The notes under the pieces were generated by a model that saw only the letters and a program-made list of their open reading frames with translations, was not told the DNA's origin and ran no database searches. Shown piece by piece: positions 39,934 to 49,866 of a stretch of 64,000 nt of DNA (the stretch's first letter is position 1; every line of letters starts with the position of its first letter). Source of the DNA: Gammaproteobacteria bacterium (GTDB lineage: Bacteria > Pseudomonadota > Gammaproteobacteria > SZUA-229); NCBI GenBank assembly GCA_029882395.1, contig JAOUKT010000001.1, positions 159-64,158 on the forward strand, in the 5' to 3' direction. The position numbers were made by a program, and so were the translations under genes.

Positions 39934-40900
39934 TTTCTGAGGAGATTTCTAATATCTTTAAATTAATAAGCCATTTCCTCAGCTCAAAATAATCCTGTTT
40001 TTTTGCCGCTGTAAAACCATTGGGCATCTCTGTTTGTGACCAGTGATAAAGACCTGTTTTGTCCCTGCCTTTAGGCTCAAAATCAGTTAGGGCCTTTTTA
40101 ACTCTGGCAGCTATCTCTGCAGGCAGATCCTGATTCATTGCAATGCCACTTGACGGATAATACTTAGAGGCATGAATGATTTTTACTAATCCTCGTTTTT
40201 CCATCTCTTTTGCCATGGTATCTTGCATACCACAAGCATCCGCTTTCAATGAAATAACGGCTTCAACACAGTTTTGATGAGAGCCCGTGTATTTATATGA
40301 CTGCAGATCAGAGAGATTTAAATTGTTTTCAAGCAGTAATATTCTTGGGATCAGATGCCCCTGAGTGGAATCAATACTGCCAAAAACAAAGCGTTTATTG
40401 TTTAATGCGGCGATGTTTTTGATCGGGCTGTCTACGGCAGTAACAATCATTGACTGATAGCTAGCCTTGTCTTGTTGATTTAAGCCACGAACAAGGTTTT
40501 TAATGCCGTATTTCTCAGCCCCCTGTATATAACTCACCGCACCAAGTGCTGCAAAGTGCACTCGTCCGCTACCCAGCTCATCAATGATTGAGCTGTTATT
40601 TGGCGTAAAACGTAATTCGAACTTATAGCCCGTTGTTTTTTCCAGATAACGAAGGAATGGCTGATATTGACGGGAATCTTCCTGTGGGCTGGCGCGTAAA
40701 TCAAACCCAAAATACAACGTTGTATTATCTTGTTCCTTCTCCAGCTCCTTCAGCTGCAACTCCTCATCAGCCACATAATCACTGAGATTAACCAGCTCTG
40801 TATTTGGCCCTGAATCGCAAGCTGTCATTAACAACAAAATAGCTACAAGAAGAGTAGCGATCATATGATACTTGAATAGCTGAACAGATTGATGGGACAT
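39917..40900 (-). CDS. PhnD/SsuA-like ABC-type periplasmic substrate-binding lipoprotein, translationally coupled to the hybrid kinase
   Basis: Lipobox LLMTACDS, then a PhnD-like fold (…[14 protein letters not shown]…[15 protein letters not shown]…). Its stop overlaps the kinase start by 17 bp. Start trimmed to M26 (40900) for a sensible signal peptide; the ORF-track start is 40975. Confidence 0.7.
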   Translation of the reverse strand: MSHQSVQLFKYHMIATLLVAILLLMTACDSGPNTELVNLSDYVADEELQLKELEKEQDNTTLYFGFDLRASPQEDSRQYQPFLRYLEKTTGYKFELRFTPNNSSIIDELGSGRVHFAALGAVSYIQGAEKYGIKNLVRGLNQQDKASYQSMIVTAVDSPIKNIAALNNKRFVFGSIDSTQGHLIPRILLLENNLNLSDLQSYKYTGSHQNCVEAVISLKADACGMQDTMAKEMEKRGLVKIIHASKYYPSSGIAMNQDLPAEIAARVKKALTDFEPKGRDKTGLYHWSQTEMPNGFTAAKKQDYFELRKWLINLKILEISSENDKAK

Positions 40901-41252
40901 CACCACAAGTCCTTTTACTTTTATTATAATAAACCAGCAGATGATACTAACAGATGATTTGATACTTATCGACATATCAAGTCACAGAGCAATTGATAAT
41001 CAGTATGTTTTGAGAGTTTTAACCTTTCTGTCACATTTGCAGGCGAGCTTAGCTTAAGACGTCCACTGCTATCCATCAGCGACCCGTTACTGTCTGATAG
41101 TCGCCATTAATTAAAGCGTTAGCGCCAGCACTGAACCAGTGGCAATATAAACGGCGATAGCCTCAATGAAATAGCCTCTATGTAAACTCAGAACTCATAA
41201 CGATCACTTCTGAGATTAGACAGCGGATGTTCAATATTAAATATACACCTAT

Positions 41253-41280
41253 AAAAAAACCGGCTTACGCCGGCGTTTTT
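41253..41280 (-). terminator. Bidirectional rho-independent terminator after the thioredoxin-fold gene
   Basis: AAAAAAA-CCGGC-ttac-GCCGG-CGTTTTT. A GC stem flanked by an A run and a T run abuts the stop codon. Confidence 0.6.
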
Positions 41281-42310
41281 ATTTCATTAAATCAACCTCA
41301 ACACCCTCGGCTCGCAGCCGGTGAGCCCGGTCATCTATCCAGCGCTGAAAGTTACTTTGCTTTTTATATGCCTCTTGTGCCACATACTCTAATACCGACT
41401 GCACATGAAAGGATTTTAAATACCCTTCTATTCGAAATACATCCTTGCCGTGACGATCAAAAAATACCAGACTCGGTGCATACTGAATATCCAGTTCTTT
41501 TGCCCAGCTAGACAGTCTGCTCCTTCGGCCATCGGGTTTAATGATTGACTCGTCACTCCACATATCCACAACGGCCACTTCAAACGCCTTCAGCAAGGTT
41601 TTACTTTCATCCCGTTTTAACGTATCAAGGTGCAGCTCATCACAGCCCGGGCATTGCGTCTGTTCAAACATCACCAGTAATGGCTTGCCTTTTTTTAAGG
41701 CCTGCCTGAATTGATAGGGCTGAGCTAGTGTTTCAATCGACTTATGCAGTTTACCCTTGGCGCTTGGGGGAGAAACTTCGGCCACATACTCGCTGAATTT
41801 CTGGTTTTTAAATTTATTTAAACGGACATAGTCCAGTGCTGCCTCAAATTTACCCGGCTGATAATAACCATTCATTCTTAATACGATATTTGCTTTTTCA
41901 TCAAAAAATAAAATAGTTGGCGTATACATTACCTTTGCTGTTTCAGAAAATGTTTTTTCTGTATAGGTGTTTTTTCTAAAAACCAGTTCATTATCGCCCC
42001 ACATATTAACAGCAACAAGATCAAAGTTTTTTCTGGTTTTATCTGCAATCGATTTTTGTGAAAAGTTATCATCCAGTAATTTCTTGCAATATGGACAACC
42101 ATCCTGATAAAAGAAAACAATTAGCTTTTTACCAGCCTCTTTGGCTTCTGAAATATCTTCATTCAAATCAAGAAAAGAGTTTTTAAACCACTCTGGTTTC
42201 TCATGGAAGCCGGGGTTAACCATGCCAGCACCCAGCTCACCTTCTTGTTTTGAATAAACCGGTGTGTTAATCAGTGAAAAACATAAAACCAGAAAAGACA
42301 ATTTGTTCAT
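41279..42310 (-). CDS. Secreted tandem thioredoxin-fold protein
   Basis: Signal peptide, then two thioredoxin-like domains with CPYC (FYQDGCPYCKKL) and CPGC (FEQTQCPGCDEL) active-site motifs. Confidence 0.65.
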   Translation of the reverse strand: MNKLSFLVLCFSLINTPVYSKQEGELGAGMVNPGFHEKPEWFKNSFLDLNEDISEAKEAGKKLIVFFYQDGCPYCKKLLDDNFSQKSIADKTRKNFDLVAVNMWGDNELVFRKNTYTEKTFSETAKVMYTPTILFFDEKANIVLRMNGYYQPGKFEAALDYVRLNKFKNQKFSEYVAEVSPPSAKGKLHKSIETLAQPYQFRQALKKGKPLLVMFEQTQCPGCDELHLDTLKRDESKTLLKAFEVAVVDMWSDESIIKPDGRRSRLSSWAKELDIQYAPSLVFFDRHGKDVFRIEGYLKSFHVQSVLEYVAQEAYKKQSNFQRWIDDRAHRLRAEGVEVDLMK

Positions 42311-42337
42311 TATTTCTTTACTCCTTAAGGCAACTGG

Positions 42338-43177
42338 CTATCTACGGTTTTTTTTAGAAAAAGAGCCTAAATTCTTTTTCTTTGTAGCAGAGGTATATTT
42401 TTGCCGGCGACTTTCTTCAATTTTGCTTTTATTGATACGTGTTAAATTAACACTGGCTGCCAGCCTGGTCACTTCAGTATCACTCAGTTCTTTAAAATTA
42501 CCCTGTCTTATGGCTCGAGACAGCTCTATATCACCATAGCGCACCCGGATAAGGCGGCTCACTTTAAAACCGAAGTGCTCCCACAGACGCCTGACTTCAC
42601 GGGTACGACCTTCACGTAAAACCACATGATACCAGTGATTCGCACCCTGCCCTCCGGCGTCGGTGATTTTATCAAAATGAGCCATGCCGTCTTCTAACAA
42701 AACACCATCATGCAGTTCTTTGAGGATGTCATTGCTGACTTCACCTAAAATGCGTACCGCGTATTCACGTTCGATCTCATGAGACGGGTGCATTAAACGA
42801 TTGGCCAGCTCACCGTCATTTGTAAACAACAACAAGCCTGTCGTATTAAGATCAAGGCGGCCGATGGCCACCCAGCGCGCGGACTGCAGGCGTGGCAATG
42901 ATTCAAACACGGTCTTACGACCTTCTTCATCTTTACGGGTTGTGACCTCACCTTCGGGCTTATGGTAGGCCAGAACCCGGGTACGCAGCATTTCAGCCGG
43001 TTTGATTTCCAGCTTTTTATTTTTATAACTTACCTTATCACCCGCTTTGACGGCCTGTCCGGGTGTTGCCACATTGCCATTAACACGAATCAGGCCTTCC
43101 TCGACCCATCTTTCTACTTCTCTTCGTGATCCCAGCCCCATACGGGACAAGGCTTTTTGAATTCTTTCTGTTTCCAT
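42338..43177 (-). CDS. rluB: 23S rRNA pseudouridine synthase RluB
   Basis: S4 domain (RIQKALSRMGLGSRREVERWVEEGLIRVNG), RsuA-family catalytic core (…VAIGRLDLNTTGLLLFTNDG…) and a basic C-terminal tail. Confidence 0.85.
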   Translation of the reverse strand: METERIQKALSRMGLGSRREVERWVEEGLIRVNGNVATPGQAVKAGDKVSYKNKKLEIKPAEMLRTRVLAYHKPEGEVTTRKDEEGRKTVFESLPRLQSARWVAIGRLDLNTTGLLLFTNDGELANRLMHPSHEIEREYAVRILGEVSNDILKELHDGVLLEDGMAHFDKITDAGGQGANHWYHVVLREGRTREVRRLWEHFGFKVSRLIRVRYGDIELSRAIRQGNFKELSDTEVTRLAASVNLTRINKSKIEESRRQKYTSATKKKNLGSFSKKNRR

Positions 43178-43277
43178 AAAACGTAAACACCTGAACGCGC
43201 CTGAGCACGGTATAATAAAATTAAAGGTTTTAACAAATATCTATCTATTTTAACTGATTTATTAGCAGGTATCAGAT

Positions 43278-43799
43278 ATGTCTGACAATCGAGAGTTTAT
43301 TTCTTTAAATCTGGCTGTTTTAACAATTTCAGACAGCCGCACGCAAGCCGATGACACATCCGGCAATACGCTTGTTGAGAGAGCCAGGCAAGCCGGTCAT
43401 CAAGTCGTCGCTAAGACAATAGTGGCGGATGACATCTATCAAATCCGTGCCGTCATTTCTGACTGGATAGCAAAACCTGAAGTACATGGCATCATCACCA
43501 CTGGTGGCACCGGTGTTACCGGCAGAGACGGTACACCAGAAGCGGTAACTCCCTTACTCGATAAAGAAATTGAAGGTTTTGGTGAAATGTTTCGAATGAT
43601 TTCTTATGAAGAAATTAAAACCTCTGCACTGCAATCACGCGCTATCGCTGGTGTCGCGAATGCTACCTACCTGTTTTGCTTACCTGGCTCATCAGGCGCC
43701 TGTCGCACTGGCTGGGACAGCATTATAAAAGATCAGCTTGATCACCGTACCGCGCCCTGTAATCTCACCATGTTAATTCCCCGTTTGCTGGAGAAATAA
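43278..43799 (+). CDS. moaB: Molybdenum cofactor biosynthesis protein B (MoaB/MogA family)
   Basis: 173 aa; LAVLTISDSR…IITTGGTGVTGRDGTPEAV is the MoaB signature. Confidence 0.85.
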   Translation: MSDNREFISLNLAVLTISDSRTQADDTSGNTLVERARQAGHQVVAKTIVADDIYQIRAVISDWIAKPEVHGIITTGGTGVTGRDGTPEAVTPLLDKEIEGFGEMFRMISYEEIKTSALQSRAIAGVANATYLFCLPGSSGACRTGWDSIIKDQLDHRTAPCNLTMLIPRLLEK

Positions 43800-43886
43800 G
43801 CCGATCTCGTATTTAACTATTGATTTATTGATTCAATCACCTATAAATAGAGAATCATTAAGGCTTGTTTTATTCGGGGATAATTA

Positions 43887-44177
43887 ATGGGTCACGACTT
43901 TTCTGAAAAACGCAGTTTTTTTCGTATGGCAGTTGAATGTCAGCTTGAATACACGGAAAACGGGCATGATGAAGTACGGACCGGTCATGTGAAAAATATC
44001 AGTGGTGATGGGGTGCTATTTCAAATATCACACGCTGTAAATGTCGGCACTGAAATGAACATCATTGTTAAAGCCGGTAGCAACTTAACACCACCATTGC
44101 ATGCCACGGTAGAAGTCATTCGCTGTCATTTAACCGATGATGAGAGTTATGAAGTGGCCGCAACAATGAAAAAATAA
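43887..44177 (+). CDS. PilZ-domain c-di-GMP-binding protein
   Basis: 96 aa; RSFFRM (RxxxR) followed by NISGDGVLF (D/NxSxxG), the two-part PilZ c-di-GMP-binding signature. Confidence 0.7.
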   Translation: MGHDFSEKRSFFRMAVECQLEYTENGHDEVRTGHVKNISGDGVLFQISHAVNVGTEMNIIVKAGSNLTPPLHATVEVIRCHLTDDESYEVAATMKK

Positions 44178-44199
44178 TGCCTGAAACTGGTCAAAATTT

Positions 44200-44886
44200 C
44201 TAAGCAACTATATCAAATACATCTTTTGCAGGTGATGCCAGGCTGCTGCTTGAATACCCACCGGAAGACCCTAAATTAACAGCCGTCACGCTTTCAGCTG
44301 GCTCATCAGCAGCCGGATCTTTGTGTTTAGCCGCTTCAGCCTGCATTTGCTGCAATTCTCTTTGCTGAATAGCAATATCAACTCTGGCTCTTGAGGCCAT
44401 ACGGGTGGCATCGGATGCGACACGTAAATCCTGAGATGATGGATCGGCTGGTGCTAAAGCAGCACGCCGGATCACTTCGGCTTTTGCCAGGGTAGCCTGT
44501 GGATCAGCTGGTACGGCAGAAGTACTGATCGAAACTTCGCCACCAACGGCATACAAACGGCCATCAGGGCCTCGCTGATAAGTAAAACTCGCACCACTGG
44601 TGACATGCTGACCACCGGCAGCTATATGCGCGGCTTCGTGAGACCTTACTTCTCTGTCGCGACTTTGCAGTTTTTGAATTTGACTCGCTTCTGCCTGTTG
44701 ATGTTGCTTTTCTTCTCTTTTTTCAGTGGCTGATGGCTCAGTCGATGCGGCTTTTTCTTCATAGGAGGACGCCGAACCTGAGGCATCAGAGGAGGATTTG
44801 ACAGAATTTGAATCGTCCGAAGCAGTACGGGCAGAGGCACTGCCCCGACTTGGGTTTAGTAATTGTGAAGAAGAAATTTCCACCAT
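44200..44886 (-). CDS. SprA-related family protein (HEA / RYA motif protein, putative metallo-hydrolase)
   Basis: 228 aa. Low-complexity S/A-rich N-terminus, then SHEAAHIAAGG…GRLYAVGGEVSI, matching the recalled HEA and RYA family motifs. Confidence 0.5.
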   Translation of the reverse strand: MVEISSSQLLNPSRGSASARTASDDSNSVKSSSDASGSASSYEEKAASTEPSATEKREEKQHQQAEASQIQKLQSRDREVRSHEAAHIAAGGQHVTSGASFTYQRGPDGRLYAVGGEVSISTSAVPADPQATLAKAEVIRRAALAPADPSSQDLRVASDATRMASRARVDIAIQQRELQQMQAEAAKHKDPAADEPAESVTAVNLGSSGGYSSSSLASPAKDVFDIVA

Positions 44887-44917
44887 TCAGAACTCTTCAA
44901 GTTTAAACGCAGTAGAA

Positions 44918-45157
44918 TTATGCTTCTGTATCAAGCAGTGTACCCAAGACTTCACCAACCGATGACACCACTTTGGCATTCGCCTGTACCTGAACTTCAC
45001 TTTGTTTCACACCGACAATGGCACCCACTAAATCGGTCTCTTTTCCTGCCTGATTGAGCTGATCAGCACTGGCAATTTCAGAGGCATTACGACGCAAGTT
45101 ATTCAAGCCTTGCTGAATTCCCATCACTGCGCTGTTTTGTACCGCTAATATACCCAT
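44918..45157 (-). CDS. YjfB-like putative motility protein (small)
   Basis: 79 aa; the C-terminal …VSSVGEVLGTLLDTEA resembles the …GVGQLLDMRA end of the YjfB family. It lies directly upstream of the SprA-related gene, a commonly co-occurring pair. Confidence 0.45.
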   Translation of the reverse strand: MGILAVQNSAVMGIQQGLNNLRRNASEIASADQLNQAGKETDLVGAIVGVKQSEVQVQANAKVVSSVGEVLGTLLDTEA

Positions 45158-45287
45158 ATTTGCTCCAAAAATTGATGCATTAACTGCTTTATAGCCGCCA
45201 ACTGATCAAAAAACAACCACTCTGGCCGTATTCTAACTGATTTCAGCATATTCAGATGCTATTTTCTGACTAGTGGTCTGCTTGCTA

Positions 45288-46196
45288 TTATTCAGGCTCT
45301 TTGCTGTCAGTAATGCCAGTATTTCGCAAATTTGATCGTCTGATTCGTCTCATCAGCCGGATTTCAACCGTTCGTTTGTTGTTAGCAAGACTTGCGTCAG
45401 CCATTGCCGGCTGGTCATGAGCGTGAGTTAAAGCGGCCTCTAATTCTTCAGCTCTTTCATTCAAGGCCAACTCGGGTGCTATTTTATCCAGATCTTTTAT
45501 TTCGGCCAGTGACGGTAGCTCATCAAGAGACTTGAGATTAAAGTAATCCAGAAATTCTCTGGTAGAGCCATAAATGGCAGGCTTACCGGGCACGTCGCGG
45601 TGGCCGATAACTCGCACCCACTCCCTTTCTACCAGTGTTTTAATAATATGACTGCTAACACTGACGCCACGAATCGCTTCAATTTCACCGCGGGTTATTG
45701 GCTGGCGGTAGGCAATTAATACCAGTGTTTCTAACAAAGCCCGGGAGTACTTTGATGGTTTTTCCTCCCAGAGTTTGCCAACATAATCGGCATAGCCATG
45801 ACGCACTTGAAAACGATAACCCGAGGCGACTTCTTTCAATTCCATTGCCCGCCCGCTGTAATCCTGCTGCAGACTTTCTATCACTTCCATGATTGAACGT
45901 TTCAGATTAACTGACTCTGCTGTTTCCTGCTCTTCTTTTACCGATGTTTCTTTGTGTTCTTCTGATGCAGCCGTGATTGGCTTGTCATTATCAGATAAAG
46001 TATCGACTGGTACCTCTTGCCCGGCAGCATGTTCAGTATCGTTAGCGGCTATATTTTCGGCCGCTCTTGGCTCTGCCACATCCGTATTATTTGCAGATTT
46101 ATCATTCAGCATTTTCTCAAGATGACTCAGACTAAGAATCCGGTCAGACGCCAGAAAAATAGCTTCAACTACATTTTTTAATTTAATTTTATCCAT
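45288..46196 (-). CDS. scpB: Segregation and condensation protein B (ScpB) with ~70-aa acidic insertion
   Basis: N-terminal VEAIFLASDRILSLSHLEKM and C-terminal winged-helix motifs (…LVLIAYRQPITRGEIEAIRG…PAIYGSTREFLDYFNLKSLDELP). Residues ~35-105 are an acidic insert that extends the length to 302 aa. Confidence 0.85.
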   Translation of the reverse strand: MDKIKLKNVVEAIFLASDRILSLSHLEKMLNDKSANNTDVAEPRAAENIAANDTEHAAGQEVPVDTLSDNDKPITAASEEHKETSVKEEQETAESVNLKRSIMEVIESLQQDYSGRAMELKEVASGYRFQVRHGYADYVGKLWEEKPSKYSRALLETLVLIAYRQPITRGEIEAIRGVSVSSHIIKTLVEREWVRVIGHRDVPGKPAIYGSTREFLDYFNLKSLDELPSLAEIKDLDKIAPELALNERAEELEAALTHAHDQPAMADASLANNKRTVEIRLMRRIRRSNLRNTGITDSKEPE

Positions 46197-46207
46197 TTTA
46201 TTACCTG

Positions 46208-47122
46208 TTATGAAAAAGAAGCTGAATCATCGCTTGTGTCAAAAGAATCATCCACCGCATCGGTATCATTCTCCTCTTCTTCAATATCATTTTGCTCACT
46301 ACTGTTTGAAATGGCTTTTACATGTATGGGCGCATACGGTTCGGCCTGTACCATGTCAATCAACTGTTCTTTTACCAGCTCTAAAATAGCCAGGAATGTC
46401 ACCACCAGCCCGCGTCGGCCTTCCTGCACATTAAACAGTGCGGTATAGGCAATAAACTCATTGCTGGACAATTTTGACAATACAATGGTCATACGTTCAC
46501 GCACCGAAATGGGTTCACGAGAAATATGATGATGCGAACTGATTTCTGCACGCCGCAAGACATCCTGAAAAGCCAGTAGCAATTCACGCAGGTCAATGTC
46601 CGGCAGCGGTTTATCCTGCTTTAAATCAGGCAACTCAATATTAATCTCATAGGTATCACGATTCATGCGCGACAATTGATCAACATTTTCAGCCGCCGTG
46701 CGGAAGCGCTCATACTCCTGTAGCCGCCTGACCAGCTCAGCTCTGGGGTCATCCTCATCTTCGCATTCTTCAACCCGCGGCAATAACATACGGGATTTGA
46801 TTTCAGCCAGCATTGCAGCCATGACTAAGTACTCAGCTGCTAACTCCAGCCGGATCTCACTCATCAGATGAATATATTGCATGTATTGTTCGGTAATATC
46901 AGCAATGGATACCGTTAATACATCCATATTCTGGCGTTTAATCAGGTATAACAGAAGGTCCAGCGGTCCTTCGAAAGCTTCAAGAAATATTTCCAGTGCA
47001 TCCGGTGGAATATACAGGTCTTTAGGCAATACCGTTAATGGTTCACCTTGCACCAGCGCAAAAGGCATTTCACCCTGCTGTGGTTGTACCGCTGTTTGCA
47101 GTTTTTTTTCGTTAGTGCTCAA
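46208..47122 (-). CDS. scpA: Segregation and condensation protein A (ScpA)
   Basis: 304 aa; LEIFLEAFEGPLDLLLYLIKRQNMDV… is the ScpA kleisin signature. Confidence 0.9.
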   Translation of the reverse strand: MSTNEKKLQTAVQPQQGEMPFALVQGEPLTVLPKDLYIPPDALEIFLEAFEGPLDLLLYLIKRQNMDVLTVSIADITEQYMQYIHLMSEIRLELAAEYLVMAAMLAEIKSRMLLPRVEECEDEDDPRAELVRRLQEYERFRTAAENVDQLSRMNRDTYEINIELPDLKQDKPLPDIDLRELLLAFQDVLRRAEISSHHHISREPISVRERMTIVLSKLSSNEFIAYTALFNVQEGRRGLVVTFLAILELVKEQLIDMVQAEPYAPIHVKAISNSSEQNDIEEEENDTDAVDDSFDTSDDSASFS

Positions 47123-47140
47123 AGCCTTATCCCTGCCTCA

Positions 47141-48352
47141 TTAGCCTAGCCCCATGGCTTTGCGTACTTCTTCTAAGGTGTCTCTGGCAACATCACGAGC
47201 CGCCTCACAACCTTCATCAATAATCGCTTTAACCGCATTGGGATCATCAATATATTCTTTGGCGCGTTCCTGTATCGGTTTTAATTCCGCAATCACCGCA
47301 TCAATCACTGGCTGTTTACATTCAACACAACCGATGTCAGCACTGAGGCAACCTTCTTTCACCCAGTCACAGGTACTATCATCCGAGTACACTTCATGGA
47401 ACTGCCATACGGGGCAATTTTTTGGATCACCCGGATCGGTTCTACGAACCCGTGCAGGGTCTGTTGGCATGGTGCGCATCTTTTGAGCAATATCATCGGG
47501 GTTATCACGCAAGGCGATGGTATTACGGTATGACTTGGACATTTTTTGTCCATCCAGCCCCGGCATTTTAGAGGCCTTGGTTAATAATGCCTGCGGCTCT
47601 GGCAAAATGATTTTGCCCGAACCTTCCAGATAACCGAATAAGCGTTCTTTGTCACCAATTGAAATATTCTGCTGTGATTCCAGTAATGCGCGGGCGACCT
47701 CTAGTGCCTGTGCATCGCCTTTTTCCTGATAACTCTTGCGGTATTCACGATACATCTTGGCGTTTTTCTTGCCCATTTTTGAAACCGCGGCTTCTGCTTT
47801 TTCCTCAAAACCAATTTCGCGACCATACAGATGATTAAAGCGTCGCGCCACTTCCCGGGTCAGCTCAACGTGCGCCACCTGATCTTCACCAACTGGCACC
47901 ATGCCGGCTTTATAAACCAATATGTCGGCACTTTGCAGTAACGGGTATCCCAGAAAACCATAGGTGGCCAGGTCTTTTTCTTTAAGCTTGGCCTGTTGAT
48001 CCTTAAACGTGGGTACTCGCTCAAGCCAGCCTAACGGGGTGATCATCGAGAGCAATAAATGCAGCTCGGCGTGCTCTGGCACTCGTGATTGTACAAAGAT
48101 TTTTGAAGCACCGGGGCTGACACCTGCCGCCAGCCAGTCAATCACCATGTCGTTTGTGCTTTCGGAGATAATGCCCGGGTTTTCATATTCAGTGGTTAAG
48201 GCGTGCCAGTCAGCTACAAAGAAAAAACATTCGTATTCATGCTGTAGATTGACCCAATTTTTTAACACTCCGTGGTAGTGTCCTAAATGCAATAATCCAG
48301 TAGGACGCATACCTGATAGTACACGTTGATGCTGAGCAGGAACCGTGTTCAT
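47141..48352 (-). CDS. trpS: Tryptophan--tRNA ligase (long form)
   Basis: HIGH-type motif LHLGHY and KMSKS motif; 403 aa with an insertion relative to the 334-aa E. coli enzyme. Confidence 0.9.
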   Translation of the reverse strand: MNTVPAQHQRVLSGMRPTGLLHLGHYHGVLKNWVNLQHEYECFFFVADWHALTTEYENPGIISESTNDMVIDWLAAGVSPGASKIFVQSRVPEHAELHLLLSMITPLGWLERVPTFKDQQAKLKEKDLATYGFLGYPLLQSADILVYKAGMVPVGEDQVAHVELTREVARRFNHLYGREIGFEEKAEAAVSKMGKKNAKMYREYRKSYQEKGDAQALEVARALLESQQNISIGDKERLFGYLEGSGKIILPEPQALLTKASKMPGLDGQKMSKSYRNTIALRDNPDDIAQKMRTMPTDPARVRRTDPGDPKNCPVWQFHEVYSDDSTCDWVKEGCLSADIGCVECKQPVIDAVIAELKPIQERAKEYIDDPNAVKAIIDEGCEAARDVARDTLEEVRKAMGLG

Positions 48353-48398
48353 TGTAACCCTCTAATAACCCAAAAAGTGCCGCTGTAATACCCCAGCG

Positions 48399-49052
48399 TT
48401 ATATTCCGACGATGGAATAGATAATCGTCTGAAACTGAGCCACTACTGGCCCCAGAATTTTACCTAATATGCCGCTAAACAACAGCAATAACAGAATAAT
48501 CATGCCATAGGGCTCAATTTTCATGAACCTCATCGCCGCCACAGGCGACAACAACCCCGCCACGACACGGCCACCATCTAAAGGCAGCAATGGCAATAAG
48601 TTTAATGTCATTAAAACCAGATTAATCACAATGCCCGCTTGTGCCATCATTGCCAGCGGCCTTGCCATCCAGTAACCGGGTTCTAGCCAGTTGATGGCAA
48701 AAGCCAGTATCAAAGCCCAAAAGCAAGCCATTAGCAGGTTAGAGAGCGGCCCTGCCACGGCCACTATCGCCATGTGTTGCAATGGCTTTTTAAAATTGCG
48801 CGCATCAACCGGCACCGGCTTCGCCCAGCCAAAAACAAAGCCGCCTAACACAACCAGTATTAATGGCACCACTACTGTACCGATAGGATCAATATGTTTA
48901 AACGGGTTGGCGGTAATGCGGCCTAACGCTCTTGCTGTCGGATCACCGAGTTTGTTGGCCACCCAACCATGCGCTGCCTCATGCAGGGTGATGGCAAAGA
49001 TGACCGGTAACGACCAGATGGTGATGGCTTCTAAAATTTGATCAGCGTTCAT
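48399..49052 (-). CDS. Site-2 protease family (M50-like) membrane zinc metalloprotease
   Basis: 217 aa, polytopic, with HEAAHGW (HExxH) in TM1 and LPLLPLDGG (LDG motif). Confidence 0.7.
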   Translation of the reverse strand: MNADQILEAITIWSLPVIFAITLHEAAHGWVANKLGDPTARALGRITANPFKHIDPIGTVVVPLILVVLGGFVFGWAKPVPVDARNFKKPLQHMAIVAVAGPLSNLLMACFWALILAFAINWLEPGYWMARPLAMMAQAGIVINLVLMTLNLLPLLPLDGGRVVAGLLSPVAAMRFMKIEPYGMIILLLLLFSGILGKILGPVVAQFQTIIYSIVGI

Positions 49053-49089
49053 TCTTATCCTTGTGGCTTACCCGCATCTTAAACCTAAC

Positions 49090-49716
49090 TCATGCCATTT
49101 CAAGCCCATGCTCAGTACCCTTTCCCTGTCGCCTGACCACTGGTATATCGGTAGTCATGTCAATCACTGTCGTTGGTTCAAATCCACAATGTCCACCATC
49201 AATCACCAGATCCAGCTCATGCTCGAGTGACTGCCGAATATCCCAGGCATCAGTCATTGGTAAATCCTCACCTGGCAAGATGGCTGTAGAGCTTAAAATC
49301 GGTTGCCCCAATGTTGAGAGCAACTCGGTGACAATAGGGTGATCAACGACGCGGATGCCGATAGTGCGGCGTTTGGGGTGCATTAACCGGCGCGGCACTT
49401 CATGCGTCGCCGGCAGTAAAAAGGTATAGGGCCCGGGGGCAATTGATTTTAATAAACGATAATCAGTATTCGTGACTTTTGCATAGGTCGAAATTTCAGA
49501 CAGGTCTTTACAGACCAGGGTAAAGTGATGTTTGTCGTCGACTTTGCGAATGCGACGAATCACTTCCAGTGCTCTCTTATCACCAATATGGCATCCAAAA
49601 GCATAACTGGAGTCGGTCGGGTAAGCGATAACACCGCCCTTATCCAGAATATCCACAGCCTGATGGATTAAACGCCCCTGCGGGTGGGTAGGGTGGATTT
49701 CAAAAAACTGACTCAT
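49090..49716 (-). CDS. yciO: L-threonylcarbamoyladenylate synthase family protein (YrdC/YciO/Sua5 fold)
   Basis: 208 aa; …IAYPTDSSYAFGC… YrdC-domain signature, with YciO-type length. Confidence 0.8.
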   Translation of the reverse strand: MSQFFEIHPTHPQGRLIHQAVDILDKGGVIAYPTDSSYAFGCHIGDKRALEVIRRIRKVDDKHHFTLVCKDLSEISTYAKVTNTDYRLLKSIAPGPYTFLLPATHEVPRRLMHPKRRTIGIRVVDHPIVTELLSTLGQPILSSTAILPGEDLPMTDAWDIRQSLEHELDLVIDGGHCGFEPTTVIDMTTDIPVVRRQGKGTEHGLEMA

Positions 49717-49866
49717 TTATAATGTGATTTTTGTAAAAGAGGCCGCATTCTAGCATTCTATCGGCAATTTAACCTATCAAAATAAGCCTTGTCTGCGCTA
49801 TCGAAGCTGTGGAACTTATGATAGATTTGTTGGCCCAAAATATTACTAGCCAGCGCTAATACCTTT

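Noticed and set aside
43178-43277. Molybdenum-cofactor riboswitch upstream of moaB.
   Set aside because: The 100-bp spacer is too short and AT-rich, with no conserved Moco-riboswitch stems. That riboswitch normally precedes moaA-type operons.
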